Shown: one piece after another, positions 1-8,900 of the stretch
Position numbering within the stretch: the stretch's first letter is position 1
Layout of the letters: each line of letters opens with the position of its first letter
Origin: a bacterium
GTDB taxonomy: Bacteria; Verrucomicrobiota; Kiritimatiellia; SPBP01
Assembly (NCBI GenBank): GCA_037135275.1
Contig: JBAXKQ010000002.1
Coordinates: forward strand, 1-63,884
Length of the DNA stretch: 63,884 nucleotides
Direction: 5' to 3'
The notes under the pieces: generated by a model
The model's input: only the letters and a program-made list of their open reading frames with translations
The model's database searches: none
What the model was told of the DNA's origin: nothing
Position numbers and translations under genes: made by a program

Positions 1-96
1 TCCAACAATGCCTCGATTACCATTATCCCAGTCGTTCATGAATAGGGTCCGCTAGGGCTTATCCATGTTTCCGATATTGCCACAAATGATTCGGGT

Positions 97-894
97 GTGC
101 CGCGTGTTGATGCTATGTTTGCGGCCGCAGCCGCTCGCGCCCGTCACCCCATTCAGTCCTATATCAACTGTGACATCGTCATACTGGCTGATTTCCTGCC
201 TGCCGTGGCAAAGATTCCGTTCGAAAGGTTCCTGATGGTTGCGCAGAGGCATGATGTTGATATTGACACCCCTATTAATTTTGACTCCGCGAATTGGGAA
301 GCAGCGATCCGCAGTAAGGCTGTGGCTGAAGGGAATAAACTGGCCCCATGTGGTATCGACTTCTTTCTGCAAAAGGGTGGGGTGTGGGGTGAGTTGCCAC
401 CCATGGTAGTGGGGCGAGGCAAGTATGACAACTGGTTGATTTATCATTGTCGATCCCGGCACATTCCTGTGGTTGATGTGACGGATGTGGTGCTCGTTGT
501 TCACGAGAATCATGACTACAGGCACGTCCTTGGGGGGCAAAAGACCGTCCAGGATGGCGTGGAGGCGAATAGAAATCTTGAGCTTGGCGGCGGTTTGCGC
601 TACATGTTCACTATTCAAGACGCTGACTGGTGTTTGAGCCCGCGCGGGTTGGTTAGGAATTGGTGCCGTGGCGACTCAGTGCGCTATGGGCAGGTGTTTG
701 AGGTGCTGAATGGCTCAATGCCCAGCATCTTGTTGAGAATAGCACGCCTTTTGGCTGAAATAGAGTGTGAGTGTGTTGCACGATATCGGCAGGCACTAGG
801 AGGCCGAGTTGGGCCGCTGCTGAAGATGCCGGGGTGGTGTGCTTGGCGGCTGTTGTTGGCCGGTAGAACAAGAACAGGGAAGAGCAGGGAATGA
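97..894 (+). CDS. Uncharacterised polysaccharide-cluster protein, C-terminal part only (possible gene fragment; see inversion finding)
   Basis: ORF 97-894. The translation carries FLMVAQRHDVDI...GRGKYDNWLIYH...VVHENHDY, which I recall from an uncharacterised family encoded beside glycosyltransferases. The same frame is closed by TAG at 43-45, and the expected ~55-aa N-terminus is absent here. Confidence 0.5.
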   Translation: MPRVDAMFAAAAARARHPIQSYINCDIVILADFLPAVAKIPFERFLMVAQRHDVDIDTPINFDSANWEAAIRSKAVAEGNKLAPCGIDFFLQKGGVWGELPPMVVGRGKYDNWLIYHCRSRHIPVVDVTDVVLVVHENHDYRHVLGGQKTVQDGVEANRNLELGGGLRYMFTIQDADWCLSPRGLVRNWCRGDSVRYGQVFEVLNGSMPSILLRIARLLAEIECECVARYRQALGGRVGPLLKMPGWCAWRLLLAGRTRTGKSRE

Positions 895-1324
895 AACGGG
901 CATTGAAGAAGTTGGTTCCACGGGTCGTGTGTCAATGGCTTCGTGATGAAACGAATCTCGACAACCCCAAAGTGACTCATATCAACCGGTGTCTTGAGTG
1001 GCGTAAAGATGCGACTTATGTCGAATCGATGTCTTTAGGGGTGAGTACTGTGTAGCTGTCAAGGCGAGGATAGAGTTTTCTATCGACCCTGACCCTGTGG
1101 ATGTGGAAGGACTGCGCAAGCCTGGGGAGATTTGTTTCAAGGAGACGTCTGATGAGTCTTTTGAGGTGCATGCCAGGTCATGTCTTGGTGAGACCAGAGT
1201 AGATGCGGCGCTGGTGGGGGCTTGCACGAATTCAGGCAGGCACTCCGTTATGTCTTGAATCTTGAACCTTGCATGAAGGAAGACGGCATCATCTTTATTC
1301 ACGACTGTTTGTGCGAGGATATCA

Positions 1325-2761
1325 ATGGTTTTCGATTGTTTCGTGTTCTTTAACGAAGTCGAGTTGCTGGAGCTGCGCCTAAGGGAGTTGTGGGATGTTG
1401 TGGATCGGTTTGTTATCGTCGAATCCACCCTCACTCACGCCAATAAACCCAAGCCACTCTACTATCAGGTCAATCGGTCGCGGTTCGAGAGATATCAGGC
1501 AAAGATAGAATATGTCCTGGTTGAGGACATGCCTGATGGCGCTGACAACTGGGCTCGAGAGAATCACCAAAGGAATTGTATAGCTCGTGGCTTGACAGGT
1601 TGCAGGCCCGAGGACACCGTCCTCATCTCTGATGTGGACGAAATCCCCAATGCCGAGGTTGTTGGTCGCTGTTCACAGTTTTCGGCCCCGTGTTCATTCC
1701 AACAGGAATACTGCTGTTTCTTCCTCAACTTTCGCGGGGGCAAATGGAATGGCACCACGCTCTGCAGGTTCAAGGACCTGGCCGGAAAGAGCGTCCAGTA
1801 CTGGCGCGATCGTCGCGATCAATTGCCGCGCGTTGCGAATGGTGGGTGGCACTATACCTATCTTGGGGGTGCGCAGAGGGTTATTACCAAGCTGGAAGCC
1901 TATGCCCATCAGGAGTACAACAACAAGTCGATCAAAGATGGCCGGCTCATACAGTACGCCATGATCACGGGGCGTGATTTGCTGGGACGAGGCATGACCT
2001 TTGAGGTCATGCAACCCGACCTGCTACCGAGGACCGTGCAGGCGAATCCGGAGTTCTACAAACCGCTCATGGCGCTTCGGACTGAAGAGAAGCCGGGGTT
2101 ATACGGGACTGCATGTCCAGAGCGCCAGAAGCGGCGGATGAAGAAGCTCGCCGGGTCAGTGCGTCACCTCCACGGGGTCATCGTCGATATGGGGTGTGGG
2201 GATGGACCCTTTACGGTGCCTATTGCAAATGAGGTGTTCCCTGCGGATGTGTTTGCCGTCGACACGTGGGGCGGGCATCATCAGGCAAGTGTGGGTCATG
2301 CGTCTCCAGAAGGGGGCGCTCGGTGTGACTCGCTTCCACAGTTCGCCTGCAATATCAGGCACATGACCCGGAATAATGTTTTTCCCTTTATTATGACGAG
2401 TGCTGATTTTCTGCATAAGCTGAACAATCCTGTGAAATTCTGCCGTATTGAAGCATCACCTGATGAGGCCTGCATGTGTGCGGAGATCCGGGGCGTGGTG
2501 AGGCTCCTTGTTGACGGCGGTGTTTTGTGTGGTGAGTTGCGTGGGGGGGCTGGACAGAGTCTTCGGGAATTACTTCGCGGAGTCAAAGTGGAGGATGATT
2601 TCTGGTACTGGCGAAAGCCCTGTGGCTGGGGTGTCAAGACTTGGGTGCGCCTGTTGCTTGCGTACTTGCCTGCCGTGGCGATGCGCACGCGCATCGGACG
2701 ATGGATTCTGCCTCGCACATATGCTGTGTCGGCGTCCGAGGCGCTTCAATTGATGGGCTGA
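1325..2761 (+). CDS. Glycosyltransferase family 17-like domain fused to a SAM-dependent methyltransferase-like domain
   Basis: N-terminal FDCFVFFNEVELLELRL...VIVES...LISDVDEIP matches the GT17 (GlcNAc-transferase III-like) pattern. The C-terminal half has a motif-I-like VIVDMGCGDGPF. ATG start. Confidence 0.7.
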   Translation: MVFDCFVFFNEVELLELRLRELWDVVDRFVIVESTLTHANKPKPLYYQVNRSRFERYQAKIEYVLVEDMPDGADNWARENHQRNCIARGLTGCRPEDTVLISDVDEIPNAEVVGRCSQFSAPCSFQQEYCCFFLNFRGGKWNGTTLCRFKDLAGKSVQYWRDRRDQLPRVANGGWHYTYLGGAQRVITKLEAYAHQEYNNKSIKDGRLIQYAMITGRDLLGRGMTFEVMQPDLLPRTVQANPEFYKPLMALRTEEKPGLYGTACPERQKRRMKKLAGSVRHLHGVIVDMGCGDGPFTVPIANEVFPADVFAVDTWGGHHQASVGHASPEGGARCDSLPQFACNIRHMTRNNVFPFIMTSADFLHKLNNPVKFCRIEASPDEACMCAEIRGVVRLLVDGGVLCGELRGGAGQSLRELLRGVKVEDDFWYWRKPCGWGVKTWVRLLLAYLPAVAMRTRIGRWILPRTYAVSASEALQLMG

Positions 2762-2770
2762 GCGGGTCGC

Positions 2771-3835
2771 GTGGGTTCAAACAAGCATGACGGATACGGC
2801 GCCAGTAATGGTCGTTGCCTTGGGCCTGAATCAACTGCGCCGGGCCCGGGTGCCCCCGGTCAAACACCAACATGGTGGTATGGTTACCCAATCGTGAAAC
2901 AACAGCTTGTCAGTATAGTCATATCGGTTTTCCGGAGACCCGACTATCTTGCGGCGGCCATTCGCAGTGCGCTGGATCAGACGTGGGTCGAAACAGAGAT
3001 TGTTGTTGCGGAGGACGGCGGTTCGGACTGTGCAAGCGGCATTGTTGCTTCGTTCCTTCAACCGGACACAAAACTGCGGTTGATAAGACAGAGCCACAAT
3101 GTGGGAGCGGCCGCCAACAAGCTTGCCGCATGGCGCGAGGCGCGCGGCGAGTACATTGTCAACCTCGATGACGATGATCTGCTCGAGCCCGGCTTTGTTG
3201 AGGCGCTTCTCCCGCCACTGCTGTCTGACTCTTCGCTTGTGCTGAGCTTCTGTGATCACTTCATCGTGGATTCGCGGGGTCGTATTGACTCGCCGGCGAC
3301 GGAAGAGAACACGCGGATATGGAAACGAGGCAACCTCTCGCCTGGGGCGCATCGTCCGTTTCTGAGACAGGGACTTGTTGATCGGTCAATCCCATTTGCA
3401 ATGGGGGCCTTGTGGTGCCGCACCCGGCTTGATCTCAATGACTTTCGAATTGAAGCCGGGCCATCGTACGATCTCTTCATGACTTATGTGGCCGCCAGGA
3501 CCGGCTTGGGAGCGTACTATATTCCTAGGCGTCTTACCAAGTACCGTGTACATCCTGGTATGGAAACACGAACCGGCTCTGAACGTATTCACAGGGCAAA
3601 CATCTTTATCAATAAACGCTTCATCGCAGATCCGGCTTTGGCTGAGTGGCGGCATGTCTTTGTGGCCCGCTTGAGTGAGGCATATGCCGGGCTTGGTGTG
3701 GTGAAACTCAGGGCGCGCCACAGGTGGGGGGCGGGCATGAACTTCCTGAAATCAATTTGGACCCGGCCTACCCGTCGGGCTCTCGTAGGCTTCGTGCGCT
3801 GTGGGTTTCCAAATGGTCCAGAACGCGTCTACTGA
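2771..3835 (+). CDS. Glycosyltransferase family 2
   Basis: VSIVISVFRRPDYLAAAIRSALDQT...IVVAEDGGSD...NLDDDD (GT-A fold, DxD). The start is uncertain: GTG 2771 is 10 nt after the upstream stop, and GTG 2894 is an alternative. Confidence 0.75.
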   Translation: MGSNKHDGYGASNGRCLGPESTAPGPGAPGQTPTWWYGYPIVKQQLVSIVISVFRRPDYLAAAIRSALDQTWVETEIVVAEDGGSDCASGIVASFLQPDTKLRLIRQSHNVGAAANKLAAWREARGEYIVNLDDDDLLEPGFVEALLPPLLSDSSLVLSFCDHFIVDSRGRIDSPATEENTRIWKRGNLSPGAHRPFLRQGLVDRSIPFAMGALWCRTRLDLNDFRIEAGPSYDLFMTYVAARTGLGAYYIPRRLTKYRVHPGMETRTGSERIHRANIFINKRFIADPALAEWRHVFVARLSEAYAGLGVVKLRARHRWGAGMNFLKSIWTRPTRRALVGFVRCGFPNGPERVY

Positions 3836-3890
3836 CCAATTGTCACCGGGCAGCGTTCTCATCCAAGGCGGCGGTGCCGGAGCGCTTGTC

Positions 3891-5069
3891 TCATTGCTGG
3901 TGATGTTGTGACTGTACCTGGCATGTTACATGCCACGCCTGCATCAGTCTTGCCACGGCAGTAAAGGACCATGTCGCTGCATAAGAGGCATTCATCCGTC
4001 GGAGGGACGCCTCCTGTTGTTTGTTGCAGAGTACGTCCGTGAGACATTGTGTGAAATTCGACATGTTCTGCGGATCCGCCAGAATAAGTCCCGCTCCAGC
4101 TTCCGCCAGTTCGCTGAACGTTGCACAACGAGCTGCCACGATCGGTGCGCCGGCGGCAATACACCGGGCCACAGAAGCGGAACTGGTGACTTCGCCATAC
4201 GGTGCGGCAAATGCCGAGGCTGACATGAGGCCGGCATTCATCTCCTGTTCTGTGAGATAGCCGGTGACGACAAACCTCTCCTCCACTCCCAGTTGCGTTG
4301 CACGAGCCCTTAGTGTTTCGAGGTATCTTTCGGACACGGCGCCATTTGCGCCGCCTAACGCGCACACCACCACATCAACGGGCAGGCTTGGAATAAGGTC
4401 GATGAGCCGGTCATACCGCTTGCGCTCGAAGACGAAGCCGGGAACTCCGATGATGCGCTTTCCCTGGACTCCGAAGCGTGCTCTGAACGCTTCGCGCTCC
4501 GCTTCTGATGCCATGCAACAGGGAACCGCAAGTGGTATGACCCGCACTTGTTCCGCTGGTACGCCGTTCCTGAGAAGGGCTTCCTTCTGCCAATTGTGGT
4601 GTACGTGGATACCACGATGACGCTTCATGATCTCCAGCGGCAACGAACGTGGCACAAAGCGATATCCACTCAGGATGGTGAAGATGTGATCAGCCACCGT
4701 CCGCGGTCTGTCCATCTCGTGGTCATTCCTGAACCAGGGATGTTCATGTATTGTGATCACCAACGGGTGCAGGCACTTGCTGGAAAACACCTCGTAGCAG
4801 TCCTCAAACACCCGCACTCCGTTCCATCCGAAGTCGGCGTATTGCACATGGACAACTTCCGCCGCCAGGCTTCGTGCAAACGCGGCAACTTGTCTCCGCA
4901 TTTGCAGGAGAGTCAGTATCCGATGGCGTGGTGTCCTCCGTCCACAATACGGCATGCCGGTGACAGATGCGCTCTGCCCCGGCCATGCCCCGCACAGTGT
5001 GCGGACATAGTCCAGGATTCCGCACGGCCTGCCCGGGGGGACTGCCACCACCATGAGGCTTCTCGTCAT
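3891..5069 (-). CDS. Glycosyltransferase family 4 (GT-B, glycos_transf_1)
   Basis: 392-aa ORF. The C-terminal half GVPGFVFERKRYDRLI...VVTGYLTEQEMNAGLMSASAFAAPY is typical of GT4/GT1 retaining enzymes. Confidence 0.75.
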   Translation of the reverse strand: MTRSLMVVAVPPGRPCGILDYVRTLCGAWPGQSASVTGMPYCGRRTPRHRILTLLQMRRQVAAFARSLAAEVVHVQYADFGWNGVRVFEDCYEVFSSKCLHPLVITIHEHPWFRNDHEMDRPRTVADHIFTILSGYRFVPRSLPLEIMKRHRGIHVHHNWQKEALLRNGVPAEQVRVIPLAVPCCMASEAEREAFRARFGVQGKRIIGVPGFVFERKRYDRLIDLIPSLPVDVVVCALGGANGAVSERYLETLRARATQLGVEERFVVTGYLTEQEMNAGLMSASAFAAPYGEVTSSASVARCIAAGAPIVAARCATFSELAEAGAGLILADPQNMSNFTQCLTDVLCNKQQEASLRRMNASYAATWSFTAVARLMQAWHVTCQVQSQHHQQ

Positions 5070-5287
5070 GACTTCCCCTCTTCCCGGAGCACTGCTGTTC
5101 TCTCAGAACGCTCACGGCATGCCACGGCCTGCACGTAACCAGTCCCGTCCCCGAACAGGAGTATTTCGTCGTCAGGCGCTGCGGCGCACCAGCTCTTCAG
5201 GGCATTCATCTGTCGGATGCCCGTGGCACCGACAAATGGTTTGGCGGTAGTAAGAAACGTTATCACGCATGCACCAATGACTTTCAA
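5066..5287 (-). CDS. N-terminal fragment (about 56 aa of family-like sequence) of the same uncharacterised family as ORF 97-894
   Basis: MKVIGACVITFLTTAKPFVGATGIRQMNALKSWCAAAPDDEILLFGDGTGYVQAVA, then unrelated residues. The stop overlaps the GT4 start (ATGA at 5066-5069). Confidence 0.4.
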   Translation of the reverse strand: MKVIGACVITFLTTAKPFVGATGIRQMNALKSWCAAAPDDEILLFGDGTGYVQAVACRERSERTAVLREEGKS

Positions 5288-5514
5288 ACGCAGAGCGTGT
5301 TATCTGCACTGGATGATTGCACGATACCAGTCCATGTCGCAGTATGCCAGTCTTTATGCGGGTGTCAGGAACGTGGAGTGTCGAACGTAGGACGTGGCGG
5401 TGGGCGGGCATGTTGCTCGGCGATGAAAGCATCCATGCCGCCACCGGGCGTCGATCCAAATCGCTATTGGAATCGAGCCCGATAACGACTTCGATTGTGA
5501 TCTCGCTTCGGTAA

Positions 5515-5677
5515 CATTCGCCCCACGGTGTGGGGCTCCTACATGACGGTGGCGGCTTGTTGGATAGTGTTAGCCAATTGCGCGCCACGTTGAGTCACCC
5601 GGCCCTATCCAGCGGTTTGTGTTCCATCACCAGACCCGCCCACCTCCATGTAGGAGCGCCACACCGTGGCGCGATTG
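5515..5677. repeat. 163-bp imperfect palindromic element (about 51-bp inverted arms, 60-bp centre), MITE/REP-like or regulatory
   Basis: Arm 5515-5565 aligns with the reverse complement of 5626-5677. The outer 31 nt match at 28/31 positions. Each arm contains its own 7-bp-stem hairpin (GCCCCAC-GGT-GTGGGGC at 5520-5536; GCGCCAC-ACC-GTGGCGC at 5656-5672). Confidence 0.85.
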
Positions 5678-5752
5678 TGGAGTTGTGGAACGACAGAAGT
5701 GCTAACGCAAAGGTAGCGAAGCAAGCGAAGGGGAACCTTGGTCTCTGTCCCT

Positions 5753-5791
5753 CTGCCTTCCACGCTCTACATCCTGCCTTCCACCTTCCAC
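5753..5791 (+). repeat. Direct repeats CTGCCTTCCAC (x2, 21-bp spacing) plus a third CCTTCCAC, upstream of the giant gene
   Basis: CTGCCTTCCAC at 5753-5763 and 5774-5784. CCTTCCAC occurs again at 5784-5791. Confidence 0.8.
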
Positions 5792-5940
5792 ATCCCTTTT
5801 CACAAACAATTCACAATTTCCTGACAACATTCCATTAGCCGTTCTGGTACTATTTCGGCGTGGGGAAAGGGAATCGCGGCCGTTGGACGTGGTTCGGCCT
5901 TCCCGGAGTCCGGTCGAGTTATCGGAGAGGAAAGAACAAC

Positions 5941-8900
5941 ATGAACTTCATGCGCCTGTTCCAAAAGCTTTATCCATCGGCAAGAACCAGCCGGGCGACC
6001 AGAAGGCCGCGGATACCATCCCGCCTGCCGGTTGTGGCCGCCACGACCATAATAACCCTTGCCGCCACCGCCGCCTTCGCCGGCAGTGCCACTAACACAT
6101 GGAACATGAGCACCAACGCCGACTACTACATTGCACCGACCAATCAGCCGCTGATCATGATCGATTCGACTCAGGGGGTGGCAAGGTTGATTCTGTTGTC
6201 CGATGAAATTCATAGGTCAACATTTGGCGAATATGTCACCAACGGTTCTGCACATGTGTCCACTAAACTGGGGCCAGATGTCGCTCTCTCTCTAAAGCAG
6301 CTCGGCGGCGTGTACCAGAACTCCGGCACCTTCATTTCCAGGGTCTTGGACAGCGGTTCTCCGGCGAACACATGGCAGAAGATGTACGCCAGGGCTACGT
6401 ACGGTTCCATCATCAACAGTCCTGCGGAGATTCAAACAGGCGGCAGTGGGCCTGTTGCATTGTACCACCTGAATAGTGACTGGAATGATACGCTTGGGCT
6501 GCGCAATCTATCTCCAATGGCCGGAGCATCGCTGGTTACACCAGGGCAGTTTGGTGCCAAGTGTGGCTTCGTTGATGGCGGTGTGTCGGGCTACGCAACC
6601 AGCGCATCAGGCTTCCCGGAGATGAGTAAGATCACCGTGTCGATGTGGATCAAGGCATCACGTAGCCAAAGCCAGATTGTTCAGTATGTATTTGGATTGG
6701 GCAATCTGACCTTTGCGTTGCACATAAGTGGCTTCTATTCCGACGCTAACTCTGCGCCAGGTTCAATCACAGTTGTTGTGTCCTCAAATCCTTCGTCGAC
6801 CACGGGTGGACAGTTCACAGATAGCAAGGACGTTGGTGTGTGGCGGCACATCGTTGCAGTGTACGACTCTACTGCCGCACAGAAGACACGGATCTACAAA
6901 GATGGCGTCGAACTGCCGATGATGTCGCAGAAAGCAACAGGTACGGTGCCCACCACGGGAAGTATGATTGTGGGAATGCGGTATGACAAGATAATCGGCT
7001 TTCAGGGCGCCATCGATGAGCTTGCAGTATATGACCGAGCCCTTTCTCAGGAAGAAGTGCTAGACCTGTACAGCAGGGGGCTGTCGTTCTTCTTCCAGTT
7101 GCGGGGAGGGAACACGACCGCAGAAACCACAAACACTTCAAACCAGTTTACTGGCCCGGATGGCACCACCAACAGTTACTACTTCGGAGAAAACCGAATA
7201 CTCCAGACCGCCGGATCGTTCGATGTCACCAACCAGTATGCGCAATATAAGGCCTATCTGATCAAGGACACATCAGGCAACACTCCATGGTTTGATGCTG
7301 TGACCCTGTTCGGCGACCTTGGAATGGATGTGGACTATTCGTTCCTGGATTTCCGGCGCGGAGATATGTCCCAGAGCACCACGAATTACCCAGGCCTGTC
7401 CGACACGCCGTACCTGAGTTTGGCAAAGAAGGAGAATGGTGGGTACTACACCAATGGAACATACGTATCCAGGGCCATGGATGCTGGTAGCTCCGTCAAC
7501 TGGCGCAAGTTCGAATGGCAGGCCCCGGGTGAACTTACGAATGACATACAAGGCTTGATTGCGTTGTACCATCTTAAGAGCTGGGGTGATGCGCAGGGTG
7601 TTGTCGGTGGTGACAACACGCCGGCGAGTGTGACAATGGCGGACAGCTCAGGGAGTATGCCCAAGCTGGGTATGGATTGCGGTAGGTTCGATGGGGTGAG
7701 TTCGCATGTTACGGGCTTTCCAGGTCTGAGTACTAACATCATGACAGTGGAGTTCTGGATCAATGATGACAATCCGCAGGATGGCATCATGACGTTGGCC
7801 TCGTACTCGAATGGGCCGGCGTATCTCGCCATATCGAACGGTATCGTCATCACGCGGGGGTTCGCAAACATCACGCCACAGGTTTACGTGAATGGACTGA
7901 CGGGGTCACGAAAGCTGATGGCTGGTTGGAATCACGTGGCAATTACATTCGACAAGGTGCTTGCAGGTGCGGCACTGGATGTTGGAGTCGCCAATGGCGA
8001 CTATATGCAGGGGCTCATGGATGAGATGGCAATATACACTCGACAACTGTCCGGCATCGAGCTGAAGGCGCATTACCTCCTTGGCAGGCAAAGTGTCGGA
8101 GGTGTCGCGAAGTTTGCGTTTCGAACCGCCGATTCCATTGCGGCCCTGACTGGTGGGGTGTGGTCCACTGAGTCAACCACACCGTTCGACCCGAACTCCC
8201 TGGGGCAATATTTCCAGTACCGTCTTACTATGGAGGGCGATGGCAGTGCTTCGCCTGCGGTAAAGAACATCACGGTGGGGTATCTGAATCCAGGGTGGCA
8301 GTACATGTATGACCACGACCGGGAGGCAATATACCAGGGGGCGTTTGTCGGCGGTACCACTAAGTGGTCAGGCGACGAGGTTATGCTGGTAGATCAATCA
8401 CAGTGGGGGCCGCTGAATCTGTCCAGTCTTGAGGCCGGCCTTGTCGGTGAGTGGCGGCTTGATGAATCGTCGTGGGGTACCGTTTCCGGCACTCCCGGCG
8501 GCAACGGAACCGCCCTGGGTGGCGCCCAGCCTATTGTCGATGCAAGGGTCGGTCTCAGGTCAGCCCAGTTCTCAGTCACCAACCAGTATCTCACACTTGG
8601 AAGTCCATCGGTCGGAAGCGGCGATTTCACGGTTGGTGCATGGGTGAAGTCCACGGCCAGCAACAGGTGCGCCATTGTATCCACCTTTGCAGGGGGTGCC
8701 CACTACACCCTGGAGTTCAATGGGGACGGCACGACCAATGTCCCAGGCAAGGCTGCCTTGGTGATTGATACGGCGCCAACAGACAAGAAGGTTGTCGCCT
8801 CGGTCCTGACTGATATCAACGATGGCCGGTGGCATCATGTTGCCGGTATGCGGCGCGGCGACACGTTGCATCTCTATATCGATGGGGACCGGGTGGCCTC

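Noticed and set aside
982-1434. 150-aa minus-strand ORF between the first two genes
   Set aside because: The translation is Ser/Thr-rich and low-complexity, it overlaps the GT17 start, and it has no motifs.
5530-5838. 102-aa plus-strand ORF in the intergenic region
   Set aside because: It spans the palindromic element and the direct repeats, has no RBS and has a low-complexity translation. The region is better explained as regulatory or repeat DNA.
5845-5859. Sigma-54-like -24/-12 element TGGTAC-N5-..GGC upstream of the giant gene
   Set aside because: Only GG and GC at the correct 11-nt spacing match. The -12 TTGC box is CGGC and there is a mismatch in the -24 box, so the evidence is too weak to call.
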